Below the pieces are notes generated by a model. That model was not told the origin of the DNA. It was given only the letters and a program-made list of their open reading frames with translations, and did not search any database. Source: Corallochytrium limacisporum Hawaii (taxonomy: Eukaryota > Protista > Pluriformea). From it: a stretch of DNA of 64,000 nt. The position numbers and the translations under genes were made by a program. The first letter of the stretch is position 1, and each line of letters starts with the position of its first letter. This document shows positions 10,323 through 22,380 of this stretch, piece by piece. The stretch spans positions 62,001 through 126,000 of the forward strand of contig PDIP01000014.1 of assembly GCA_002811645.1 (NCBI GenBank), given 5' to 3'.

Positions 10323-13300
10323 GTCTTTCCTCACTACCCCGACAATCCATCATTCTGGATTCTGAGCACAATGAAATTATTATACATGATTCATCGAAGT
10401 GTGTGATTTTATTTGATGTTGAGGATTTGATAAAGACACAATGAGCACCCCTGTTGATTTTTGCAGACCACATTTCTTCAATGGGCTGGCGGGAGGTGCG
10501 ACCAAGCCTCCCTACAAATGAAATCCACAGCTGCCGATGTCTCGTGCCAAGCGTTCGGAACCACACTGTGTGGTACTGAGACAGCGGAGCAGAAACAGCG
10601 CTCTTGCAGGCCGTCGTGTTTTCGTACTCTATTCTCACCAATGCATTCGATCTTGACCTAAAGGTAAGCGGTGTGCGTTTCCTCAGTGCATCTGTACGGA
10701 CTTGGGGTTGCCTAGCGAAGTTTGATGCGTTTGCCAAGTACGCTCCGAGCCGCACGTCAACCCAGAGAAATCGGTTGGTACATTCCTGCACCCACACTGC
10801 CTGCAAGGAAAAAGGAAGAAATAAAGCGTACACAAGAAATTGATTCGGGATTATGTAAATCTGCGGCGCAAGTGCATTAGTGGACGCTAGCGTAACTGTA
10901 ACACCAATCGAGACGAGTTTGGTCCCTACGGAGGATGCTGGTACGATCCTTATACGCGTTCGTTTTGTATACGCGCTCGTTCGTGGGGGCAGAAGCCCAT
11001 GACTGGTACCTTCTTGTCCAGACAGAAGTCGAGCCCGTAGTAGAACGAGGGGGTTGGGGTGCGAGGGACCAAACAAGGAACGGACAACCGGATCGTCGCC
11101 TTGGGCGGCGACATCCATGGAAATGCGACATACACAGAGACGGACCCACATCAGCAGGCTCATCACCCTCATAAGTCGCATGAAGAGACTACACCAGAGC
11201 TCTGAACCGATGCATGTCTCGGATTGCAGCGCAACAGCACTTCAAAAATTGTGAGTCGCAGCATTCGACCTTGGCAATTGCTCTAGCTGCGCTGGTAGAT
11301 TTCGTCCTGATTTTTCTTGCCTTTTCAATGCTTCCGAAAATGTGGGTTCGTTTGCTATGCGATCTCAAACAAAGCAATTGCGTCATTAAGAAACCAGCTA
11401 TAGACTTATTGCTTCTACCCGGTCAGTTTTTTCCGTCACCCACAAGCCGATCAGAAAACGATGTGTTTACGACGGTAAATTCCAAAACAAGCTACCACGA
11501 GCACGGAGCAATCACCGCAAACCCGCAAGCAAAAGCGCCCATGGGATGTCTGGTGGACTTCCTATGTACTTGAGGCGGCCGCGCTCGTTCTGTTGGCATC
11601 AACCAAAAAGAATGACCAGATCGCAGTATCGCACATGGGGATATTCGCTCATGCATGGACAGTGTCTCGAGCAGTAAAAGTTTTAGCCAGCGATGATGAT
11701 GACCATGTCCTAGCGATCATCCCGCAGCACGGTACATGGATTCCCATTTGCTTCGGGCACTACAGATCGGTTGGTCACCAATCAATTTCTGCTTTTTCTC
11801 ATACCACCAGGGTGCTCTTTCCATTCATGTGCGTTGACATCCCGGCAGGGATCCAAAGGTACCTGGCCGTGAATCATCGCCGACTAGCTACACGATGGCA
11901 CATGTGATACCCACTAGAAATTCTAGACAGCTGTGGATGAGGAGCTCTTATCCTTCTCTGCAGTGAAGGCTAAGCGAGTGAACGCGCGAAGAACAAAGCA
12001 GGCTCCTACGATCGCGCATAAGAATGTGGTAGGACACGACAGGGTGTCGGCACGACAACTTGGGAAGACAATATGCTTCATCGACAGTCCCATTGAGAAG
12101 GATGTTCCATTTTTGAACCACACATTCTGAAGATCTTCCTCCTACGTCTTTTGGTGCTGGCTCTCCCTTACGGTGTCTGAAGCGGGGTATCCCTCGATAG
12201 AGCTCGAAAGAGGTGTGACGTGATTCATAATTATGCCAAACTACAAATGGGACTGCCCGGATGGGTGGACGGTGGGAAACATGTTACGCGCAGTGTACAC
12301 CGCACAGCAAGAAGGCACGGTCCGCAAAAGCCTCGCATTGGTCTGCGGTGGGACCATTGGAACGTTGAACTCTGTGCTCGTTTGCGTCTCTTTTGGGATT
12401 TGTACATCAAGCTGTCCCCTTACCATTCAGCTGTGAATATGTGAACAGTCGGGAGAAATGATCTGTTCATGTAAAAAGAAACCGCCGCAGGTCATTTCGC
12501 ATCTGGGATCTCTAGGGTCATTCAAAACGGATCGTCCTATCCCTTGAAATGGCACTCTGCCGCCGGAAAACTCCAGTATGCGCAGAACCTACCCACAAAT
12601 TTGCATACCTTAGTGGCAATGGCGGGCTGTGGATTTCGAGATGAACTGTGTTCCTCGCTCTGGCTGGCGGGACAGTCCCAACGGTTTCAAGTGAAATAAT
12701 ATCGCGGTAGTGAGGCATATTGGGAATGAGCCAGGAAGATCGCGAAGCAAGGGACGAAACAAGTTACCACCTTCTCTCGCCGTGTGCCGAAGCTCCTCTG
12801 TAGGCCCTCTGGCCGAGCAGAAAGCGATAGCGAACGCAAAAGTGGGATACACGGCATACTCAGTACTGAAACAGGAAAGATGCGGCACGGACTAGGAAAA
12901 TACCACACTGCAAAGGTGCGAGAAAGACCCTTCCCCTCGAAGGCCTCACTGCTGTGGCCGGACTTAAGCCGAAGGACTTCTTACGGGGTGTGGCGCGGTA
13001 AGGAAATACTTCCACTATGTTGATAGTCATACGCCGTACAAACCGCCTACAAACCGCGGATTGTTCGCAAACGCCTGTTTCCCACAAATGATGGTCCGAC
13101 GCCACACTCGTGAGGATCTCCCATTTATACCAAGGAATGCGCATGTAACAAATAGCAAAGCCATATAGACACCAGGAGAAACTATAGAGATTGTGTGTGC
13201 CTGTATTGGTTGCGAGTTGGAGCTCGGTCCTGTGTATCCGATCGCCGAAACGATGCGCGCATTGCACTACGACATAGCTTGTTGAGACTGCCGTGGAAGG

Positions 13301-14154
13301 TAGCCTTCCTAGGAAAGGAAGAAGACATCTGCCCCAGCAGGATGACCTGCTTGAATGGAAGACCCCAAAGTGAGAGATGTCCACCATGTTCACACCATAT
13401 CAGAGGATGGTGATGATTTGGGGTACTTTGCCGTCGCTCGGAAGAGTATGTGTCTTAAGCTTGCTCCGGCTGTCCAGGTCACGACTTTGTACACACTATT
13501 TCCTTAAATGTTCGGGATCGGCATATCGAAGAGGTTTTGGATGACACCATCCCTCAGATTGTCGGAAATTTAATTCTTGGATACAGTGATCTTGTGGTTG
13601 TCTTAGCGGATGAGACTCACTATTCAATTATTGATGAGAAGATAAATACCTTGGGCTTCTTGCTCATCTCCGGTTCGTCCACAGCAATCCCTCACTGTAC
13701 ACCGATAAGGGCCATCTTTGGATCCACGTCGAACATCTGACCGTAGCTATGCGGGGTCCGGTTTCCATCGTGCACCGAGGCTGCTGCTTTGTTCCGTTTC
13801 GTGTTCGTCACTGCAAGGTCGGGCGTTCCGAATAAGGACACACAAACAGAACTGGGATGGGCAACCTGCGCTTCAGGCTGGAGTGACACAGCTTCCTCAC
13901 TGCGTGAGATATGATGTGTTTCGGCTTCTGGGTGACTAACCATTGTGGAAGAAACTGGAACGCAATAGAAGATACTCTGCGCTGTAGTGCACTTCCAAGT
14001 CATTCACTTCTATGTGTCGCGCTACCTATTTCCCAACCACGTTTAGTGAAGTCACACATACTCTTGTCTGATAACTACCCAATCAAGCATCTCCCTAGAA
14101 GGGGCATTCAAGTAAGCCAAGGGAGAGATTAAGCAAATCGGAGACAGTAGCAGA

Positions 14155-17100
14155 CATTCCATTTCGGAGATCCTAGTATGGCGGTTTTGGGAAATCGATC
14201 GGTGAAACGTGGAGTTCATAAGGGGTGCTCTAGAATTCGCTTTAGTTACTTGCTATGAGAAAAGGGAGCATTACAGCTGCATAAACCTGAAGGGGGCGCG
14301 GTCGAGGTGCGCGCGCATTTCGCGCTTTCAAACAGAGGTGTTGGGGCCCCATCGTTACAAAATGGAATCTCGTAACGTGGTGTCTTTTTCCAATAGTTGG
14401 GTCAAACTATCATTTCTTCACATTCCGATCTGTTCCGAGTTTTGCATACAAGTGACCATCTTCCTGCATGCTACTGTCGTCCGCCTATCAAACCGAACAG
14501 CAACTTGCTGATTGGATTTAAGGATCGAGGCCAACTGTCTGCTCATTAGCGGTGAGTGTCTTATTTCTTTTCCGTTTCTGACTTGCGTAGCGAGCATCAA
14601 TCGTTGAAGCATACGAGTCGACGGATAATAGTATACACACGAGTTCACAAGCTGGAATACATAAGCCATGGTAAGAAGTCATCTATCATTCAGTAGAATC
14701 ATTCATGGAGAAAACTTCCAGGCACCTCACAGTGTTGACTTTTCGATTCAATGAAGTAGTGTACGAGTATTACACGTTTGTGTACTGCACCTCTGTGGTG
14801 TGTACGTCGATGAATTTATGAGTAGGACTTAACTGGTTCAGATGTTGACTTTCTCGCCAATAGCAACGTCTTCTGGGCTGCGGAGCCTCATAGCCACAAT
14901 CAACAAACGCCATCCATGATGTTCAGTACAAGAATGACTGTGAGTACCAGTACTGCAACTGTATTTTGAGTGCTAGGTTTTGTGGGGCACGGACAACGTG
15001 GCTGTGCGGAATTGGTATATGGTAGGGGTCTTGCCTTGACAGATTCTCTTCGGCACATTGCCAACAGTGCACGACCAGCGGGCACGCGGAATGCAAATCA
15101 ACGTGGTGGTACCGTATAAAGAGGTCCACAAGCAATTGATACACCGGCAGCATGACGTGGTAGGAGTGCGCTGGATTGACAGACAATTATGTCATCGGCA
15201 TGCTATGCCAACAATCACATTCCACAGTAGGCCGTGTTGGTAGAATTTCTATTCCTGCATCTTTCCCTAAAATTCACCCACGGCTGCCATTCCCCGTCCG
15301 TTGTCTACATCTTATGAATCTTTATATGCGCCCTCGAGGATGCCTCACACATTTCTTTCAGATAAAGAAGCAGTGCGAACCCCCTTTTCACGAAAACGGC
15401 GAATACAGCCCTCTTCTTCGGACCTATCCCTTGCGCTAATCATTTCCTTACATTCCTTTAACGGCTGCATGCGACGATCGCTTTCCACACTCTTTCTATT
15501 GCGCCATTTTTGCTCGTACCTTGTATCTGTGTGATACACTGTGGACGTTGTGATATCCATGGATGGAGACCGTGGTCCAATAACGGAATGCAATGGGTCA
15601 ATTGAAGACGTTGGCTTAGATAGTGATGAAATCTATGGTGAAGAGAGTCTGTTTCATGGGACAATTCCTCTGCTTCGACATTGCACTTTCCCATCGCGTC
15701 TGATGTCAATTTATGGTGAGGAATGTCGCCGTGAGCACACTAGAGAGACCCGACAACCATGAGTTTCCGGTTGTGGTCATGGACCAGTTTGTTGGCACGA
15801 CCTGATCAGATTTAAAACGATGCCAACTGACACCAAAGCCAACCCTTGACACCTCGTAACACTTCCTTAGTTTCGTAGTCTTGTGTCGTGGGGCCATGGT
15901 ATCGTGCCGTTGCCTTGCTCTGCAGGGAGGATAAACGCTGGTCACATGCATTGGTTCCACGGGCGAGCACTATTTGGGTTACTGTTGCTCCTTTTAGATC
16001 AATGTTGACTATTCTACTTTCCTGCCCAATGACGTTTATTCTGTGTTTGGACACATTCTTGGATTCTTTCCGTTTTCTATGATGTTGTGAAAACGGCACA
16101 AAGCAAGTAAAGATCCAACAGAAACTGAACCATTGTGTGACTAGGTCCTGGCAACACAAGTATTCCTATGATGGACACATTGATCAACAATATGAGAAAA
16201 TTCTGATGCAAGTGACAATATAGGGATGAGTGCACCCTATCACGTAAACTTCTAGTCCATGAACCTCGTGTAGAGTTCTCGAGCAGTACGCACAGAACCA
16301 AGGCGACTCTACCGAAGGGCTCGGGCTCATGTCCATTTCTTTCTCTCGTGTATTTTCCCTTCTGAGTGGATGCTGCTGCATACTTCTGTCGCAAGAATTT
16401 CAATGTTCTTTGCACGTTTTGCATACCGTGAGGAAGCAGTTGCTGTGCTCATGGGAATCTGCTGCATCCAATTGGAAGTAGTCGAGGTTGGGATCATCTG
16501 ACATTGTTGAGGGCGAAGACTGGATGTCGCTTTCCGCCGAGATGGTCGATGGAAGTGTGTACATGACCGTCAGTGAGAGAAAGGAAGACTCGCACCAATA
16601 CTTTCTAGGTTGATTGCAGTTTTCTCGTGGAGCACACCATTTGCGATCTCAACGAAGTTGTCAGGAATGTTTGCAAAAATTCTTAGAGTCCGCGCAGGGC
16701 CTTGTGTTCCATCCCAACACTCCTGCATCAATTTTCAGCAGATTATGTACATGGTCACAAATTTGTCGATCCCAGAATATGGAACCGGTCTACCCCCCAA
16801 AAACAAGGTGGGTGGCGCTTATTGACAACATTCACATGCAGCATAATCAAAAATAGACAGAGAGAAGAAATCGTGAGATAGGGGTCAGGACCTTCCAAAC
16901 CAGGCGGGCAACCAGCCAGCCCTACCGAATCATGTGCTGCTCCTTGCCCCCGAGAATTGAGTCATAGAAAAACTAAAAATTTCTTCTACCTTGCCTGCTT
17001 GCGTCGATGTATTGCAGTTATTCTGTTCTACACATACCAATCCCCAGCAAGATTGTAGCAACAAAAGCAGTACAGTCCCGATGGTGTGCTTCGTGCTCCG

Positions 17101-18738
17101 TCTCGACTGTCTTGGCCTGCGGACAATCCTGGAAAGACTTCAGGGGATCATATACATTGAGTTCGTACATTTTTCGTGCAATCTAGGTGGTGCGATTTCA
17201 TTCTTGTGTGCCGCAGTCATAGAGAAATTGCACCGAGAAATAGCACAGAACGTAAGTACTTCGCAGACTAATATTTCTGTACTGTTGGCCATCGTGGCAG
17301 AAAAACACAGGCTGGAATTGCATTCCTCCCATCATCACCACCCTGCCGATTTCCCTAAGAAGCAATAGAAGGATCTCCGGGGCAGGGGTAGTTCGTCAGG
17401 GAAGAGAGTGAATGGTTGGAAAACTGTGCTCCGAAAGCATCTTTTCTCCCAGGATTAGGTGAGCAAGTACTTGTCGATGGACACGACCAACCACTCAATT
17501 GCCAATGTTAGGTATTGGGGACAAGGGGAGTCATTTGTTTTCATCAGCATACATCATGGCCATCACATTGGGGCCTGGCATATGAATTATTCCCTGAACC
17601 CCATCAAGCCCCGACTAGATCTTTGCGCAATAGTCTCCACAATGTATCCAGATGTCGAAGGACGGGGCATGACAGCCATACACCTTAACATGGAATAGGG
17701 ATGGCACGCATGCAAAGGCTACTCCACCGCATTTTGCTCAATTTCTTACTCTGCGCTTGATACATACGAGCTGCCTCTATCCAAGACCAGTCCTCACATC
17801 GGAAACCAGGTCTTGTTCGTCCACAGGTCAGAGATCCCACAAATTGCTATCCAGCAGACTCCGCTTAAATTTCAGGCTCCACTACCATTCGCAAATGCTG
17901 AGAATAGGACCCCATCGACTCCACTTCAAGTAGAAGTCTGCTGTCAGGGGGTACGGGGTCCCCCCCCCCTCCCCTCGGAATTTATAGCACTTTCCTGGAG
18001 CGAAAACCCGGGTTCCCCTTATGTACCGATATGATGGAAGAACTTTTTCGAAATGTCGGGAATTGGCCGAATGGAAGTAGACAAGGCAAGGAGATATGAA
18101 CTTGAAGCCGAGCCCACACGATAGAGAGCGTCCTCTTTCCTACTAGTTCTAGTCCGCGTGCGGCAAGAAAACTTTTCTGCAGACGAGAACAGCCGAAGAC
18201 ATTCCATTTGTTCACTTCGGAATGCTGACCCGTGTCAGTTCTAGTCGACCATAACGAGCAGCGATGAACAGGAGACTGACACTCAACTCCAGTTTCATTC
18301 TTTTCCGACGGCTGATAACCAGCACACTCGACGAGCTGCTTAGTACCTATCGGCAACTGTGGAGCAGCGGAATGATATTATCGGGTGCATAAAGGAACAC
18401 AAGAGCGATAAACGGGTGGGTAGATGGGAAGAGTAGCTGTGGATGAGCACTAGAGTTAAAAACGCGAGAGCAGCAGCCTGGCAAGGCGATGGGAAACTGA
18501 GGAGGTGAGGAATGCAATGCCATTAGGGAACGACTCGTCTATCCTGCCTCCAGCGATAGATTTGTCCGTTGCAGGAATTTTTTTTGCATCCACAACATGT
18601 GTGTATCTCGTTCCGTGTCAGTGTGCCGTTAATGCGCTCACAGATCCATGGCTGGAAACGCATAGAAAAGAGGGAAAGGGAACGGGGACCGAAGCGTCTT
18701 CGCCCGGAGAGCCCCCGGGGAAGGGGAAAGGGGGAATG
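14155..18738. promoter_or_regulatory. Cluster of TEAD/MCAT-type sites (CATTCC/GGAATG) upstream of the Tondu-motif gene
   Basis: Hand count of 15 hexamers, starting at 14155, 14421, 15088, 15218, 15288, 15451, 15585, 15720, 16664, 17321, 18200, 18219, 18369, 18509 and 18733. About 2 are expected in 4.6 kb at equal base frequencies. Confidence 0.55.
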
Positions 18739-19145
18739 GGAAAGATGGGAAAATCGCAGATGTTATCGAAACCGGAAATTGGAAGTTAATTGGAGCTGGG
18801 GGGGGGGGGCGTTTGATAGGATTGGTCCCGTACCTTACACAGGCTTCGCAAGGGAGGGGTTCCATAGCTGCGAGAAACGGGAGTGCTCAAAAGCGATGGG
18901 GAAAGGCTGCAAGACCTGGAGAGTCAACTATTGTGCTGGCTGAGATGATCTGTGGTATTCTTTGGCAGCTTCCACTTCAAAACTAAGATGTTTAGTAGCG
19001 TCCACATAGATTCCATAAGTAAGTGTTTACAAAGGTATGCGAAATTAATAGCATCATAAGGTAAAAGGAAGGGTATTCTGCAATATGTGACCCAGCACTG
19101 TGCTAGTGCCCATAAATCATCACGTCACGGAAGAAATCCGAAAGT

Positions 19146-19418
19146 ATGAAGTCATCAGGACTTGACCTCTTGTGCGAAGTCGCGTTTACGCGATCCGAAT
19201 CTCCCTCTACCTCACAAAACCAGTCATCTCCCGGAACACCGTCTGTGCGCAGTGAATGTGCACGCAGTGAGGTCAGCGTGGACAGCACCATGAGCCTCAA
19301 TTCAAACGGTAGTGTCAGAGCGGTCCCTCAAGGCCCTTTCCAGGAGAAGACCTTCTTTTCCGCAGATGATCACTTTAAGCGCGCATTAGGTGAGGATTGG
19401 CAAAAGCTGTGCCAGTAA
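19146..19418 (+). CDS. Vestigial-like (VGLL4/Tgi-like) microprotein with a Tondu/TDU motif
   Basis: ATG..TAA, 90 aa. C-terminal SADDHFKRALGEDWQKL aligns to VGLL4 TDU2 SVDDHFAKALGDTWLQI. N-terminal GLDLLCEVA helix and S-rich disordered linker. Confidence 0.7.
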   Translation: MKSSGLDLLCEVAFTRSESPSTSQNQSSPGTPSVRSECARSEVSVDSTMSLNSNGSVRAVPQGPFQEKTFFSADDHFKRALGEDWQKLCQ

Positions 19419-19598
19419 ATCCTTGACTTAAAAACATCTTATCATCGACTTTCGCCCATTTTGCGAACATACAAAGCACACAAGCATTCACCATCAAAAC
19501 ACATTTGCTCATAGATATACATATGACGATTTTATTTATCTTGACTTTATGCTCATGACCATGTACAATGACAGACCATTAGAGGCCCATCCCATGCA

Positions 19599-20624
19599 CT
19601 AGTCGCCTCGGACATTGATGCGAATGTTGCGATTGTACACATCTGCGAAAGACGTACAAATCTGATAGTAGTGTTCGACACATGACCGTATGTAGATTTC
19701 AAGCATGAGCGCAGGATTTAGATGCAGTTTGGCCTTCCGATGGATGATGCCTGTCTTTGGACAAGATCCATGCCAGCAATGCTCGTGAATATCCTCTGTG
19801 GGCGCAACAACTTGCAAGACATAGTCAAGGCTTTCGGCCGGTTTGTAATCCTCCAAGATTGTCTGCAAACAACATTCCTTCAGCGAAAGCACGAGCGGTG
19901 TACCGCAGAGATGTGGTACAAATGGCTCAGTTTGGCACCCCAGTATGGCTGCCTCGCTGTAGGCGTCTGGCACAACGGCCGTCCTTGGAAGAATCAGCTC
20001 CAGCAGATGAGACATGCACAGGAGCTCCAACGATATACTGGTGATGGGGTTCCCATGTATTGCAAGGTTCTGCAGATACACCAGCTGAGATATATCGGGC
20101 AAAGACGTGAGTTTGTTGTTCGCAACAGACAGGACATGAAGGGTCTTCAACTCTGAGATTGCCGCGGGCAGCACTTCCAATCTGTTGCCACTTACGTCAA
20201 GGACGCGCAGCTCTTTGAGATTTGTAATATCCTCGGGGATTTGACTGATGTCGTTGCCGTCAAGGAGTAGAGTGAACAGCTTCGGCAGTTGGAAAACGAC
20301 GTCCGGGATATGTGTGAAGGAGCAGTTGTTGAGGTGTAATGAACTCAATTTTGAGCATTGAACCAGTGCTTTCGGTAGGGACTGAAGTCGATTGTATGAA
20401 AGATAAAGCTCCTCCAGATTTTGACAGCTACCGATCGCTTCCGGTAACGTTTCTATCTGGTTGTATGTGGCTACGATCATAATCAAGCTATCACACGCAC
20501 CAATTGTCTCTGGAATGGTGACGAGGTGTAGATGCCTCAAATCTATGCCATACTTTCGTCCAGCGAAAGTGCGCAGAATTATTGCCCGTGCCTGCAAATC
20601 CATAGCGCTGGAAGCTGATGACAC
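19599..20624 (-). CDS. Leucine-rich repeat protein with C-terminal BC-box-like and Cys/His segment
   Basis: About 8 LxxLxLxxNxLxxLP repeats, then SLKECCLQTI and C/H residues. Confidence 0.85.
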   Translation of the reverse strand: MSSASSAMDLQARAIILRTFAGRKYGIDLRHLHLVTIPETIGACDSLIMIVATYNQIETLPEAIGSCQNLEELYLSYNRLQSLPKALVQCSKLSSLHLNNCSFTHIPDVVFQLPKLFTLLLDGNDISQIPEDITNLKELRVLDVSGNRLEVLPAAISELKTLHVLSVANNKLTSLPDISQLVYLQNLAIHGNPITSISLELLCMSHLLELILPRTAVVPDAYSEAAILGCQTEPFVPHLCGTPLVLSLKECCLQTILEDYKPAESLDYVLQVVAPTEDIHEHCWHGSCPKTGIIHRKAKLHLNPALMLEIYIRSCVEHYYQICTSFADVYNRNIRINVRGD

Positions 20625-21555
20625 ATATGCAGCCGTGTTTCTGTTCCAATATTCTGGACAATTGACATTTTTTCAAGAAGCCGTGGAGTCTTCAATCTCT
20701 TAACAGTCCCACACACGAAATCCCAAAAATGCTGAACATGAGCAGAAAAGGCGGTAGGGACAAGTATTATCAACTTGGAAGGAACGTCGCTCTCAACTTT
20801 CAAATAGGCCTTTGGCAAACCCGCCTCCAATACATGGCTCCCAGGGCGCTCGAGCTCCGTCTCGAAAACCGGACCCGCTCAGGCTGGGTGCGTATTTGAC
20901 CTTTTTGGTTTACTAGGCCCCTAAAATTCTATGTTTGAATCCACAATTTAATCAATTTAATCAAATAGAAGAGGCTGTGGAGAATGTGAATGAGAGCTGC
21001 GGGACTGCGAACATCCAACAGGGAACAAAGAATCCATCACGTTGATAGCCATGGGCGGTGTTCTGATGTACATCGAAAGTCGGCACGAAGCGCCATAGAT
21101 TTGGCCATATTTGTACGTTCAGCTCGCCTTGGCCACCGGGAAACAAAAGTCCGCAATGCCCGGACCCCCGGGAGCCTGACCGGTGATGCCACTACATAAC
21201 TCGTATGCGTTCATCGCTTACCGGCAGGTCGAGGGATATGCAGAAGAGGAGCGAGTACATCGTAACCTTCCTCATACTTCGGCCAAAGACCCATCTTATG
21301 TGAAGTCCGTCGTGCACTTGTCCATCATTCAGCCCAACAACGAGGCCACAGTGAAGCACACGGGGGACTACTTACCCGTATCTAACGGGCTGGAAACTCT
21401 TCTGCGCAATGCTGCGCAACAATTGACCGAGTTTCCAAGAGGACGTGAGCGCCGCATACAATGAAATTAGTGAACGAGGGCATCAGTTATATATTTGGAG
21501 AATGTTGTGGAGTGGGGCTAGTCTTTGCCTGGGACCCCCATCCAAGCACACCAAA

Positions 21556-21586
21556 ACACACATACACACACGCACACACACACACA

Positions 21587-21625
<39 letters not shown>
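21556..21625. repeat. Compound (CA)n/(CT)n microsatellite
   Basis: Visible dinucleotide runs. Confidence 0.9.
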
Positions 21626-21629
<4 letters not shown>

Positions 21630-22163
21630 GCACCGACACTCAAACAAATTGTGTCTCTCCCAACTCATCATACACGCATTCGTCTTCCCAGCATCCCGTT
21701 CAGCACGGAAGCCCCAATCAGTGCTCACGGCACCAACTTGTACCACAACTAATCCGAACTCCCATCTTTCCCCTCCCTCAATTCTTCTCCTTGCCGTGAC
21801 TCTCTGCCAGGGATTTGCGATGAGCCTGCTTTGGCACGTACCCCCCCCCCTCTCCTTCGGACCGTCGGAGTTCCGAAAACTAAGTAAAAAAGCATGGGCC
21901 CGTAAAGGGGCGAAGAGTTTTTCTTCAGTCCTACTGCTTCCCCCTATACCAAGAGCACAGGCTGGCCCTCTCCGGAGTCCGCAGTGTCTCCCCCGTGGCA
22001 GGATCCAACTTCCCAAAGATCCATAATAATTGCATACGATTTTTCCGCCCGAAATTTCTCGAACTCTTTTCGGGATTTTACTTGTCGGACATGAGACACC
22101 CGAATGCGCCCTGCCAAGACAAAATGTATCGAGTATACCACGGTACCAACCTGGAGATGAGTG

Positions 22164-22380
22164 TCCCGGGCAATTACCGAGGATTTGCTCTACCGTCAGC
22201 ACGCGAAATATAGGGGACCCCACGGTGCGCGCCCATCGTTCTTATAGTCTTTGTTTGTGCTTTTTTTTCTTATCAATCTATCTTCTCCCGCTTGGGAGAC
22301 TCATGAGGTGATTTTTCGCCTGCTCCGTCGCTGGGACTTTTGTGCTGACGGTAGAGCAAATCCTCGGTAATTGCCCGGGA
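22164..22380. repeat. 39-bp perfect inverted repeat with 139-bp spacer (MITE-like or hairpin)
   Basis: 22164-22202 TCCCGGGCAATTACCGAGGATTTGCTCTACCGTCAGCAC is the exact reverse complement of 22342-22380. Confidence 0.9.

Noticed and set aside
13380-13760. Minus-strand frame that reads like decayed coding sequence with several stops
   Set aside because: No identifiable family, so a pseudogene call cannot be supported without a translated search.
15541-15762. Short ORF with ESLFHGT, reminiscent of the PARP HGT motif
   Set aside because: Non-ATG start and no other PARP motifs; the match is too short.
22050-22064. Perfect three-unit heat-shock element (cGAAatTTCtcGAAc); partial GAAgtTTC at 52824 upstream of STI1
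   Set aside because: The first is an isolated motif with no obvious target. The STI1 one is cut by the gap and cannot be evaluated.
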